Positions 27,586-36,894 of a stretch of 36,948 nucleotides of DNA are shown here, one piece after another. The translations under genes were made by a program, and so were the position numbers. The notes under the pieces are model-generated. The model searched no databases and had not been told where the DNA came from. It worked only from the letters and a program-made list of their open reading frames with translations. The stretch is taken from the NCBI GenBank assembly GCA_039588275.1, contig JBDHAC010000032.1:1-36948 (forward strand), written 5' to 3'. This stretch comes from Gemmatimonadota bacterium (GTDB lineage: Bacteria > Gemmatimonadota > Gemmatimonadetes > Palauibacterales > Palauibacteraceae). The first letter of the stretch is position 1. Every line of letters begins with the position of its first letter.

Positions 27586-27720
27586 TCCACCCCGGAGAGC
27601 GTCGGGCGAGGGACTCGCGGCAGTCGCCGCCGACCTTGCTGCCCCGTGTCGCCCCGATAGTTTTGCATCTCAACATACCGAGCGCAGACGGATTCGAACC
27701 TGCTGAAGAAGGGGGATGAG

Positions 27721-27933
27721 ATGTCGGTTGCCAAGGTCATCGAAGTCATCGCCGAGTCGGACACCGGCTGGGAAGACGCGGCGCGCAACGCCGTCGCAGA
27801 GGCCTCCGAAACGGTAAAGAACATCAAGGGTCTTTGGGTCGAGGGCATGCAAGCGGTCGTCGAGGACGGTGCGATCGTGAAGTATCGCCTGAACGCGAAG
27901 GTCACTTTCGTCGTGCGCGACGAGCGCGACTGA
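27721..27933 (+). CDS. Dodecin family protein
   Basis: 70 aa; VAKVIEVIAES..GWEDAARNAV.EASETVKNI...YRLNAKVTF. Confidence 0.88.
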   Translation: MSVAKVIEVIAESDTGWEDAARNAVAEASETVKNIKGLWVEGMQAVVEDGAIVKYRLNAKVTFVVRDERD

Positions 27934-27977
27934 TCTTCAGCGCCCGGCCGAGTGCGCGCCGCGGTTGCGGCGCGCAC

Positions 27978-30035
27978 TCACTGCACCCACACGTTGTTGG
28001 CTCGATTCACGTCTGGGAACGCTCGCTCGGGATCGATCTCGACCCGAACGACGGGTAGCCCGCTTGGCAGGAGGACTTCCGCGGAGCGCTGGCCCGACAG
28101 CCAATGGCTGACCGGGATCTCTCGCCGCGTCTCGGTGCCGTCGATGCGCACCACGAGTAGACGGGTCGGCATCGGGATATCGCCCCGATCCTCCACCAGA
28201 ACGCGTACTCCCTGCTCCGAGTCGATAACCCCCGCGATTGCGTGATCCAGGGTCCAGGTCTCGTAATACCAGCTACGCCAGAACCAATCGAGATCCTCGC
28301 CCGCCATGCGCTCGAAAGTCTGGAAGAAGTCCCATGGCTTGGGGTGTCGAAACGCCCACTCGGCGATGAAGGTGCGATAGCCCCGCATGAATGTTTCCTC
28401 GCCCAGCAAGCCCCGCAGGGCCACGAGCACGGAGGCGGGCTTCGAGTAGGAGGCGACTCCCCCCGCGCCTGGGTACTGGTAATCCGTCCAGCGCATCATC
28501 TCTCCTTCACGCCCGGACCGCGCGAGCTCCAGATAGGTCTCCTGCTCGAGACTGTCGGACGGATTCCCGGGGAAGAACTCCACCCGGGACTGATTCTCGA
28601 GGAAGGTGGTCATGCCCTCGTCCATCCACGCGCGACGTCGCTCATCGATCCCGACGATCATCGGAACCCACATGTGGGCCAGCTCGTGCGCGGTCACGTA
28701 GTACAGCGCCGTGTCGCCGCGCGCGTTGTAGTCGCCGATCAGAGTCAGCATCGGGAACTCCATCCCGCCTCCGATGATCCCGCCGCCCTCGACCGCGGTC
28801 ATGTGCGGCCACGGATAGGGGAAGCCCGTGAAGCGCGAATGAAAGTCGATGGAATGTCGCGCGTACCTGGCCATCTCCGCCCACAGGGGAGCCTCGGGAC
28901 GATATAGCGACTCGACCCTGGCGTAGTCGGGCTGGCCGTTCCCGTCACGGTCACCTACGGGTGTACGGACCGCGTCCCACAGCGAGGCCCGGGTGGCGGA
29001 GAACGCGACGTCCCGGGTGGTGTTGGAATGAAAGCGCCACACCAGCCAGCCATCGGTCGCGCGTCGAGTGGCTCGGCCGGGCCCGAACTCACCTTCGGCG
29101 AGGACATGGACGACCGTGTCCGAGGTCTCTGCCGCCTCGAGACGGTCGAGGATGGCTTCGGGGAATACCTCGAGCGGGTTCGTATGCCGTCCCGTCCCTC
29201 GCACGACCCAGCCGTGCGGCGCCTCGATCTCGAGCTCGTACCTGGCGAACCCGGCGTAGAACTCGGCGCCGCCGAGAAACGGATCGACCTGCCAGCCCAC
29301 GACATCGTCGTACACGGCCAGCTGCGGGTACCAGTACGCCAGGTAAAACAGGTCGTCCCCGCTCCAGCCCATCCGCGCTCCCGCCCCTCGTTGGGGGATG
29401 TCGAACCACCAATGGACTTCCAGCTCCACTTCGCCGCCCGGCGGCAGCGGGTCGATCAAGGATACCCGCAGCAGGGTGCCCCGGATGTCGTATCCGGGGG
29501 CGTCGGCGTCCTCTGTCTCGTAGAGCTGCGTCCCGTCGGCGGCCAGAAAGTCGAGGTGAAGCCCGCCGGTCACCTCGAGCGGCTCTTTCCGCGTGGCACC
29601 CTCAGCGTGGACGTTCTGCGTCAGATGGAGGTATAGCTCCTCCAGCGTATCGGGTGAGTGGTTGCCATACCGGATTTCGGCCCGACCTCGGAGCCGCTTC
29701 GCGGCGGGCTCGAGGCGAGCGAAGAGCCGGTACTCCGCCGACTGTTGCCAGTAGCGTGGCCCCGGCGCGCCCGTAGAAGACCGGGTGCCGTTCGCGATCG
29801 CCAGGTCGTACGCGGCCGGCGGCACGATGGGGTTCGGCAGCGGCCGGCGGGCGCCCGGCTCCTCATCGCCGAGGTTCTGGAGGATCGCGCTGACGTCCGA
29901 ATCGGGGTCTCTGCGCTCGACGTCCGTCTCCGCTCGCGGGTCGGGCGGGCTCCCGGATCCGGAGGCACAGGCGGCGACAGCAAGCGCCAGCAGGCACGTT
30001 GGCGCGGTCGTGATCCGCGCGTGGCGAAGGGGCAC
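27978..30035 (-). CDS. M1 family zinc aminopeptidase, probable lipoprotein
   Basis: GGMEFP, HELAHMW...MDEG zinc motif, SYSKP; lipobox VAAC; start uncertain (GTG 30035). Confidence 0.85.
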   Translation of the reverse strand: MPLRHARITTAPTCLLALAVAACASGSGSPPDPRAETDVERRDPDSDVSAILQNLGDEEPGARRPLPNPIVPPAAYDLAIANGTRSSTGAPGPRYWQQSAEYRLFARLEPAAKRLRGRAEIRYGNHSPDTLEELYLHLTQNVHAEGATRKEPLEVTGGLHLDFLAADGTQLYETEDADAPGYDIRGTLLRVSLIDPLPPGGEVELEVHWWFDIPQRGAGARMGWSGDDLFYLAYWYPQLAVYDDVVGWQVDPFLGGAEFYAGFARYELEIEAPHGWVVRGTGRHTNPLEVFPEAILDRLEAAETSDTVVHVLAEGEFGPGRATRRATDGWLVWRFHSNTTRDVAFSATRASLWDAVRTPVGDRDGNGQPDYARVESLYRPEAPLWAEMARYARHSIDFHSRFTGFPYPWPHMTAVEGGGIIGGGMEFPMLTLIGDYNARGDTALYYVTAHELAHMWVPMIVGIDERRRAWMDEGMTTFLENQSRVEFFPGNPSDSLEQETYLELARSGREGEMMRWTDYQYPGAGGVASYSKPASVLVALRGLLGEETFMRGYRTFIAEWAFRHPKPWDFFQTFERMAGEDLDWFWRSWYYETWTLDHAIAGVIDSEQGVRVLVEDRGDIPMPTRLLVVRIDGTETRREIPVSHWLSGQRSAEVLLPSGLPVVRVEIDPERAFPDVNRANNVWVQ

Positions 30036-30099
30036 GCAGACTCGGCTCTTGACGGGGCTCACGGGTCTGTCGGGCTCATGTTCGATCCTCTCGAGGCGA

Positions 30100-31026
30100 C
30101 TACCGGAGCAGGTTTCGGAGAACGAACCAAATGTTGGCCGGGCGCTCCGCCAAGCGCCGCATGTACCATGGGAACCAGGCGGATCCGTAGCTGATGAGTA
30201 CCCGGAGCGGCGCCCCGTCACTCGCGAGCGCCTGCTGCTGCCGGAGGCCGATGCCGTACAGCATGGCGAACTCGTACGCGCTCTCGGCGATCCCCCGCTC
30301 CGCGATCATGGCGCGGAGACGGTCGATGAGCCGTTCGTCGTGCGTTCCGAGCACCAGGAAACCCGAGCCGCCGCCCGCGAAGTGATCGAGCAGGAGGGCG
30401 GCCAGCAGCTCGAAGCTCGCATCCGCGTCGGCTTTCTTCGCGTACGCGATGGAGGGTGGCTCCGCGTACGCGCCTTTCACGAGACGGATGGCCGGATCGA
30501 GGGGCAGGAGTCCCTCGAGGTCACGTTCAGTGCGGTACAGGTACGACTGTAGACAGAGACCCACGTTCTCGTGCTCGGCGCGAACCTGGCGAAACAGATC
30601 CAGCGTCGCGTCGACGTATTGGCTCGCCTCCATGTCGATCCACACGCGTCCACGACCCTCGGCGCGACGCGCGAGCCGGGCGACCAGGGCCCGAGCGCGG
30701 CCGGGATCCCGATCCAGCCCGAGATGCGTGAGCTTGACCGAGACCTCCACGTCGAGCTCGCGGCGCTCGGCCTCGTCCAGCGCCTGGAGGAACTCGTCGG
30801 CGACGGCCGTCGCCTCCTCGGACGTCTCGACGTTCTCGCCCAACAGCGTGACCGTGCTCGGAATGCCGCGGGCCGCGAGCGCCCCGGCTTCGCCGAGCGC
30901 GTCCTCCAGGCGCTCGCCGGGCATGAAGCGCCGCACGGCCCGCTGAACGAAGCGGCGTCTGGGCAGACTCCGGGCGAGCCATGGGTTCTCCGACCCCCAC
31001 AGGAGCAGTCGTCGTACCGGGTTCAT
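30100..31026 (-). CDS. Monofunctional proline dehydrogenase
   Basis: LLGENV, SVKLTHLG, WIDME, CLQSYL, IRLVKGAY.EP, GTHD, EFAMLYGI, YMRRLAERPAN. Confidence 0.92.
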   Translation of the reverse strand: MNPVRRLLLWGSENPWLARSLPRRRFVQRAVRRFMPGERLEDALGEAGALAARGIPSTVTLLGENVETSEEATAVADEFLQALDEAERRELDVEVSVKLTHLGLDRDPGRARALVARLARRAEGRGRVWIDMEASQYVDATLDLFRQVRAEHENVGLCLQSYLYRTERDLEGLLPLDPAIRLVKGAYAEPPSIAYAKKADADASFELLAALLLDHFAGGGSGFLVLGTHDERLIDRLRAMIAERGIAESAYEFAMLYGIGLRQQQALASDGAPLRVLISYGSAWFPWYMRRLAERPANIWFVLRNLLR

Positions 31027-31082
31027 ACGCCTATTTTGCGTCCGGAGAACCGATCCGTCCAACCATCAATCGTGAGCGACCG

Positions 31083-32087
31083 ATGCGAGCGATGATCCTG
31101 CGCGAGCAGGCCTCGATAGAAGAGCACCCGCTGGAGGAGGTCGAGCTTCCGGATCCGGAGCCGGGGCGGCGCGAGATCCTCATCCGGGTGAGCGTCTGCG
31201 CCATCTGCCGAACCGATCTGCACGTGATCGAGGGCGACATTCCGATCGGCGGCCTCCCGATCGTACCTGGACACCAGGTCGTCGGTGTCGTCGAAGCGCT
31301 CGGGCCGGAGTGCCGCCGCCGCTTCCGGGTGGGTGACCGGGTGGGGATCGCGTGGCTGCGGAGGACGTGCGGCGAGTGCGAGTTCTGCCTGGCGCGAAGG
31401 GAGAACCTGTGCCCCGGGTCACTCTACACCGGCTACCATGAGCATGGGGGGTACGCCGAGCGCGCGGTGGTCCGCGAGTCATTCGCGTACCCGATCCCCG
31501 ATTCGTTCACCGATGAGCAGGCCGCTCCGCTGCTGTGTGCGGGCATCATCGGATACCGGGCGTTGAAGCGGTCCCAATTGCCCCCGGAGGGGCGTCTGGC
31601 GCTGTACGGCTTCGGCTCTTCAGCGCACGTCGTCATCCAGATCGCGCTCCACCGGGGTCACGAAGTCTATGTGATGACCCGCGGTGAGGGGCACCGGGCG
31701 CTGGCGCGCGAGATGGGGGCAGCCTGGGTCGGGGGATCTCGCGATCTGCCTCCGGAACCGGTGCACAGCGCGATCATATTCGCGCCAGCCGGCGAGATCG
31801 TCCCCGACGCGCTACGGGCTCTCCGGCCGGGCGGGACGCTGGCGCTCTCGGGGATCCACATGAGCCCAGTGCCCGAGCTGGACTACGAGAAGCACCTGTT
31901 TCATGAGAAAACGCTACAGAGCGTGGAGGCGAACACGCGCGAGGACGGGCGGGAGCTTCTCAAGGAGGCGGCGGCCGTTCCCATCCGCCCGAAGGTGACT
32001 CCGTTCGGGCTGAGCGACGCGAACGAGGCACTCGTGCGGTTGCGCCGCGACGAGATCGACGGGACCGGCATCCTGGTCCTCGATTAG
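31083..32087 (+). CDS. Zinc-dependent alcohol dehydrogenase family protein
   Basis: CRTDLH, PGHQVVG, CGECEFC...ENLC, APLLCAGIIGYRAL, YGFGSSAH. Confidence 0.9.
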   Translation: MRAMILREQASIEEHPLEEVELPDPEPGRREILIRVSVCAICRTDLHVIEGDIPIGGLPIVPGHQVVGVVEALGPECRRRFRVGDRVGIAWLRRTCGECEFCLARRENLCPGSLYTGYHEHGGYAERAVVRESFAYPIPDSFTDEQAAPLLCAGIIGYRALKRSQLPPEGRLALYGFGSSAHVVIQIALHRGHEVYVMTRGEGHRALAREMGAAWVGGSRDLPPEPVHSAIIFAPAGEIVPDALRALRPGGTLALSGIHMSPVPELDYEKHLFHEKTLQSVEANTREDGRELLKEAAAVPIRPKVTPFGLSDANEALVRLRRDEIDGTGILVLD

Positions 32088-32125
32088 GCTCTGGGGCAGG
32101 GGATCTCGGCTCCGGGCAGGAGTCG

Positions 32126-32165
32126 AAAAGAGAGGGGGAGCGGATCAGGTCCGCTCCCCCTCTCT
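32126..32165 (-). terminator. Intrinsic terminator hairpin (possibly bidirectional)
   Basis: 16-bp perfect stem AGAGAGGGGGAGCGGA / TCCGCTCCCCCTCTCT, 5-nt loop, short T-run on the minus strand; between convergent genes. Confidence 0.8.
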
Positions 32166-32206
32166 ATCGCCGTAACCGATCGGCCACGGCCCTGGCTCCG
32201 GAGCGG

Positions 32207-32812
32207 TTAGCCCTGGACGCCCGCTTCTCCGGCTGCAGAGACGCTGAAGCCCATCCACATACCGGTGGCGGCATGGGCCGGAATCAGGCAAACGAGCGAG
32301 TAATCACCCGCCTCGGATGCGGTGAAGGTGATCGTCTCCGTCCCCCCACCCGGGGCCGTCGACTCGGTCATCGACGTCGGGTTCGAGGTCATCGCACCAT
32401 CGAAGACCGGACTCGGGTCGTCGAAGGTCACCGGCCAGCTTCCCGAGCCCTCGAGCACGGCAACGCTGTGGAAGTTCGCCGGGTCATCGTTGCGGAAGTT
32501 CATGACCACGGTGTAGCCGGCCGGCACGACGACCGTCCCGTTGCCGCTCGCGTAGCCGTTGAAGTTCCAACGGTTGTTGTCGGCGGTAAGACCCGCGACG
32601 AGCTCGATCGTGACCGTCTGAGCAGCTTCGTCGACGGTCATCCAATCCGGCATCGACAGCTCACCCGCAGCGGGGGCCTCGCCACCCGCCGGAGCTGCGG
32701 CCGGGGCGGCCGCGGGAGCCGCTCCGGGATCGGATCCTGCATCGCCGCCGCCGCAAGCGACGAGGCTCAGCGCGATGAGGGCGGCCAGCCCTGAAGATGA
32801 GAAACGCTTCAT
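32207..32812 (-). CDS. Sulfocyanin-like blue copper lipoprotein
   Basis: Lipobox LVAC, Ala/Pro linker, WNFNG, VPAG, FHS (His ligand), CLIPAHAATGMW (Cys/His/Met type-1 Cu ligands). Confidence 0.85.
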   Translation of the reverse strand: MKRFSSSGLAALIALSLVACGGGDAGSDPGAAPAAAPAAAPAGGEAPAAGELSMPDWMTVDEAAQTVTIELVAGLTADNNRWNFNGYASGNGTVVVPAGYTVVMNFRNDDPANFHSVAVLEGSGSWPVTFDDPSPVFDGAMTSNPTSMTESTAPGGGTETITFTASEAGDYSLVCLIPAHAATGMWMGFSVSAAGEAGVQG

Positions 32813-33262
32813 TTTGACACTCCGTCTTCGGTTCGTCGTCTGAAAAGTCCGAGTACGACTCGCGGGCGACGCCGCTGGGAGGCCGCCCCAGGAAACAATC
32901 CAGAAATATACAGGGTGTGGCCGAATGTGGAATAGCGAACCGCCCTACGGCCGGTCTGGAACATGCAGGGGTCCCGAGGTGTTACGGGGGATGTCGGGAT
33001 GGAGGGAGCGTCCGGTTTGGCGGCGGTGCTGGCGCGAACCGGCCCTCTACCCACATTTTCAGGTTCCCGCAGCAAAGTCGGCGATTCCGGCTCGCTCTCC
33101 CAGCCCACGGAATTCGGTGGGGGATCCAGTGCAGCGAGCCTTCGCGGCGCGTCCAGGCGCGCTACCCGCGGTTGCGGGGGTCCCGGTCCTCCGACTGGTA
33201 GCTCATCCGTTTCGGTCTCCGGATCGTTTCGAGGAATGCGAGGCCCATCCCGTTGGCCAAGG

Positions 33263-33326
33263 CTCACGGAGATCGCCGGGACTCACGGAGATCGCCGGGA
33301 TCGCGGAGATCGCCGGCTTCACGGAG
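33263..33326 (+). repeat. 19-bp tandem repeat CTCACGGAGATCGCCGGGA, ~3.4 copies, upstream of rho
   Basis: Two identical copies, one degenerate copy, one partial copy. Confidence 0.85.
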
Positions 33327-33363
33327 TACAGAGTGAATAGTGTGACAGGAGACGAGTAAGGTC

Positions 33364-34566
33364 GTGTCTGGAGAAATCGAAGCGACGGCGACGTCGACCA
33401 CCGAAGCGGGTGAGGCCGCACCAACGGCAGCCGACACCTATCTGGGGGTCCTCGAGCGGTTGGGGAACGGTGCCGGGTTCGTCCGACGTCGACACGCGGG
33501 CTATATGCCGAGCGATGAGGACATCTACGTCGGCCCGAAGATGGTCGGGCGATACAACCTGCGAACGGGTGACGAGATCTGTGGCGAGGCCGGTAAGCCT
33601 CCCAAGCCCGGAAAGAGCCCGCCGCTCAGGAAGATCTTCACGGTCAACGGGCGCCCGCCCGAATCGATCGGCGAGCGGACGAAGTTCAGCCGGCTCAGCG
33701 CCCTCCACCCCGATCAGCAGCTGGTGCTCGAATGCGGTCTCGAGCGCCGCGGGCAGCCCGACTACACGAACCGGATCATCGACCTCTTCTGTCCGCTCGG
33801 AACCGGACAGCGCGCACTCATCGTCGCGCCCTCGAAAGCGGGAAAGACGATGGTCCTGCAGGCGATCGCCGAGGGCATCACGAAGAACCGCCCCGATTGC
33901 GGGATCCTGATCCTTCTGGTGGACGAGCGCCCCGAGGAAGTGACCGAGATGGAGGCGTGCGGGTTTGGCGAGGTCGTCGCATCCAGCTTCGACTTTCCGG
34001 CCGAGCGCCACGTTCAGGTAGCCGAGATCACGCTCGAGCGGGCGCGCCGCAAAGCCGAGATGGGGGACGACGTCGTCATCATCCTCGACTCGATCACGCG
34101 TCTGGCGCGCGCCTACAACACGGTCGAGGAAGGAAGCGGCCGGACGCTCACCGGCGGAATCGATGCGCAGGCGATGGAGAAACCGAAGCGGTTCTTCGGT
34201 AGCGCACGAAACATCGCGCCGGCCCAGGGCGGCGGTTCACTCACGATCATAGCGACGGCGCTCATCGATACCGGCTCGCGCATGGACCAGGTCATCTTCG
34301 AAGAGTTCAAGGGGACCGGGAACAGCGAGCTCGTCCTGAGTCGGGAGCTCGCGGATCGACGGATCTACCCGGCCATCGATCTCCCCGCGAGCGCGACTCG
34401 TCGCGAAGAGCGGCTACTCGACGACCAGGCGCTCACGATATCGCAGGCGATGCGCAGGGAGCTGGGGGACCACCCGCCTCTCGAAGCCATGAATGAAGTG
34501 TTGGGTCTGATGCGGCAAACGGGGTCCAACGCCGAACTGATAGAGAAGCTGAGCTCGCGCATCTAA
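33364..34566 (+). CDS. rho: Transcription termination factor Rho, short form
   Basis: DIYV..NLRTGD, GQRALIVAPSKAGKT, DERPEEVT, LDSITRLARAYN, PKRFFGSARN, FEEFKGTGNSEL. Confidence 0.92.
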   Translation: MSGEIEATATSTTEAGEAAPTAADTYLGVLERLGNGAGFVRRRHAGYMPSDEDIYVGPKMVGRYNLRTGDEICGEAGKPPKPGKSPPLRKIFTVNGRPPESIGERTKFSRLSALHPDQQLVLECGLERRGQPDYTNRIIDLFCPLGTGQRALIVAPSKAGKTMVLQAIAEGITKNRPDCGILILLVDERPEEVTEMEACGFGEVVASSFDFPAERHVQVAEITLERARRKAEMGDDVVIILDSITRLARAYNTVEEGSGRTLTGGIDAQAMEKPKRFFGSARNIAPAQGGGSLTIIATALIDTGSRMDQVIFEEFKGTGNSELVLSRELADRRIYPAIDLPASATRREERLLDDQALTISQAMRRELGDHPPLEAMNEVLGLMRQTGSNAELIEKLSSRI

Positions 34567-34623
34567 CTCCCGGCGGTCGCTCAAGTCTGCCGCGAGTTCC
34601 ACATCACCACCTCGACGAAGCAC

Positions 34624-35454
34624 TCAATCGCTTTCATCCGGAACGGTGCGTCGCCCATCCTCCGGGGGTGTTGTCGCCTCCGCCTCCGCGTGCTCCCGCG
34701 CGCGTTTTCGCTCTCTGGCCGCGAAATGGATCGCCTCGTACGCGGCGGCCTGTAGCAACCCTACCTCGCGCCGGTCCAGATCTGCCCTCTGAAACAGCGA
34801 CCTGAAGCTCCGCATCTTGGGGAGCGGATCGATGCCGTGGAACAGGCCGATGTCGTGCATCGCCGTCTCCCAGATCGTGAAGAACGCTTCGAGCTCCTCG
34901 TGGGTGGCGATCGGCGACTGCCGGCGTCTCTTGTAGGACAGGTCGCGGGGCTCGGCGCCTTCGGCACGCTCTACAGCCTTACGGAGCTCGTAGAACACGA
35001 TCACCGCGGCATGACCGAGGTTCATCGAAGTGTGGCGCGGGTTCGTCGGGATGGAGACCAGCCCGTGACACAGGTCGAGCTTTTCGTTCGACAGCCCCCG
35101 ATCCTCGCGTCCGAAGAGAAGCGCGACCCGATCCGACCGCCCGACGATATGCGCCGCGGCTTCCTCGGGTGTCGACCAGCTCTGACGGCTCGAGCGCCGG
35201 CGAGCCGTCGCCCCGAGCACGAATTGCACGTCCTCCAGGCCCTCCGCGAGCGTGTCGTACACCTCGATCCGCTCGACCACGTCTTCCGTGTCGTGCGCGA
35301 TGCCGGTGATCCGGTACGCGTCGTATTCCGCCGGGCGCACCACCCGCAGACGATCCAAACCCATGTTCTTCATCGCTCGTACGGTAAGAGCGATGTTGAC
35401 CAGATCCTGGGGTTCGTCGAGGACGACGACGGTGCGATCCAGCGCGCTGTCCAT
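34624..35454 (-). CDS. TrmJ/LasT-like SPOUT RNA methyltransferase
   Basis: VVVLDEPQDLVNI..RAMKNMG, GATAR, ALLFGREDRGLSNE, IPTNP..SMNLGHA. Confidence 0.85.
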   Translation of the reverse strand: MDSALDRTVVVLDEPQDLVNIALTVRAMKNMGLDRLRVVRPAEYDAYRITGIAHDTEDVVERIEVYDTLAEGLEDVQFVLGATARRRSSRQSWSTPEEAAAHIVGRSDRVALLFGREDRGLSNEKLDLCHGLVSIPTNPRHTSMNLGHAAVIVFYELRKAVERAEGAEPRDLSYKRRRQSPIATHEELEAFFTIWETAMHDIGLFHGIDPLPKMRSFRSLFQRADLDRREVGLLQAAAYEAIHFAARERKRAREHAEAEATTPPEDGRRTVPDESD

Positions 35455-35693
35455 TCGCGAGCTCGTCAAAGGCTGAGGGTGCGCTCTCCGGGCTGTTCAA
35501 CCAGGTGGGACCGGTGGTCTCCGGTGACTCCACGAGCTGGTGGCAACGTTCGGGCGAAACCTAGCGGCGGTCCGAGCTTGCGAGCCAGTCGGCCGGGCCT
35601 CTACTTGTAGCCGCTCGCGGTACCGGATGCCGCCACGCGGTAGGGGAAGCCGCTGCTCTGATACAGGACGACCCGAGTGGGGAAGGCCACGGC

Positions 35694-36413
35694 TTGGAGA
35701 ATGACGCGGTAGCCACGGACGCGAAACTGACGGATCCGCTCCCGGAGTTGCCCGGGGAGGGCCAGGTCTATACCCGGCTAGGCCCCGCGGTGTGGACCCT
35801 GGGCGGCGTGATGGTGGTGCTGGGGATCGTGACGTCGATCCTCATGCTGCAGGATTTCGAGTCCAGCAGCTACTACTATCTGGCGTTCTACTCGATCCCA
35901 TCCAACACGGCGATCACGGTCTTCCCGCACGAGCCGGTCCTGTTCTACTTCGGGAAATTCGCGAACCTGTGGCTCACGGCGACGGCGGCGACCGCCGGCA
36001 CGGTGGCGGCGGGGATCATGGACCACGCCGTGTTCGTGCCCGTCCTCAACCTGCAGAGCATTCAGGGCTACAAGCAGAAGAAGTTCTATCGGGCGGCGAT
36101 CCGGTACTTCATGCGGTGGCCGTTCGCGACGCTGTTCGTGGCGGGGTTCACGCCGGTCCCCTTCTTCCCGTTCAAGTTCCTCAGCTTCTCGATGCACTAC
36201 CCGATGTGGAAGTACGTGGCGGCGCTGATCGTCTCGCGCTTCCCGCGCTACTATCTGCTCGCCTGGCTCGGGATGGCGTTTCAGATTCCGACATGGATAC
36301 TCGTAGCGAGCTTCGTCGTCATCATCGGCATGTACCTGTGGAAGGGGGTCCCCGCTGTGTACCAGCGCTGGCGTGCCAGGCGGAGGCAGACGTGGGAGAG
36401 CCCCGGCGGGTAA
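35694..36413 (+). CDS. VTT/DedA (YqaA-like) membrane protein
   Basis: PHEPVL, GFTPVPFFPFKF, SRFPRYYLLA; hydrophobic helices; TTG start uncertain. Confidence 0.7.
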   Translation: MENDAVATDAKLTDPLPELPGEGQVYTRLGPAVWTLGGVMVVLGIVTSILMLQDFESSSYYYLAFYSIPSNTAITVFPHEPVLFYFGKFANLWLTATAATAGTVAAGIMDHAVFVPVLNLQSIQGYKQKKFYRAAIRYFMRWPFATLFVAGFTPVPFFPFKFLSFSMHYPMWKYVAALIVSRFPRYYLLAWLGMAFQIPTWILVASFVVIIGMYLWKGVPAVYQRWRARRRQTWESPGG

Positions 36414-36431
36414 GGGCCACAGCCGGCCGGA

Positions 36432-36460
36432 TTGACGAGGTTCGGCGCCGGGCGTAGTCT
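36432..36460 (+). promoter_or_regulatory. Sigma70-type promoter of the tRNA cluster
   Basis: TTGACG-17 bp-TAGTCT ending 11 bp before tRNA-Gly. Confidence 0.7.
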
Positions 36461-36471
36461 CACCATCCCCT

Positions 36472-36544
36472 GCGGGTGTAGCTCAGCTGGCAGAGCGCAA
36501 CCTTGCCAAGGTTGAGGTCGCCGGTTCGACTCCGGTCACCCGCT
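36472..36544 (+). tRNA. tRNA-Gly (GCC)
   Basis: Cloverleaf: GCGGGTG/CACCCGC acceptor, CAACC-TTGCCAA-GGTTG anticodon arm, GGTTCGACTCC; no encoded CCA. Confidence 0.96.
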
Positions 36545-36569
36545 TGCAAGGGTCGATGGCTCGCTTGCG

Positions 36570-36643
36570 GGGGCGGTAGCTCAGTTGGCTAGAGCGCTGC
36601 GTTCACATCGCAGAAGTCGGGGGTTCGAGTCCCTCCCGCCCCA
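36570..36643 (+). tRNA. tRNA-Val (CAC)
   Basis: GGGGCGG/CCGCCCC acceptor, CTGCG-TTCACAT-CGCAG anticodon arm, GGTTCGAGTCC; no encoded CCA. Confidence 0.95.
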
Positions 36644-36821
36644 TTGAGCGCGTACGTGGTATCCCGCTTCGCGAGCTTGCAGACGCCTGATCCTCGGAGC
36701 CTCGTTGCGGCTGCGCCGCAGCCGAGTCTCCTCGGGGCGTCCGAGTTGCTCGTTCAGCGGGACACCACGCACGCTTTGAGAAAGGTAGAAGGGGTAACGC
36801 TGGACGAAGCGTAGAACGACT

Positions 36822-36894
36822 GCGGGCGTAGCTCAGTTGGTAGGGCGTCAGCTTCCCAAGCTGAAGGTCGCCGGTTCGAGACCGGTCGCCCGCT
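36822..36894 (+). tRNA. tRNA-Gly (CCC)
   Basis: GCGGGCG/CGCCCGC acceptor, TCAGC-TTCCCAA-GCTGA anticodon arm, GGTTCGAGACC; no encoded CCA. Confidence 0.95.

Noticed and set aside
27392..27676. N-terminal extension of the SDR ORF (372 aa) and overlapping repeat-encoded ORFs
   Set aside because: Translation of the stop-free 22-bp array; the real start with RBS is at 27391
32809..33359. ORFs in the sulfocyanin-rho gap
   Set aside because: Pro/Arg/Gly-rich, no RBS or recognisable motif, partly repeat-derived
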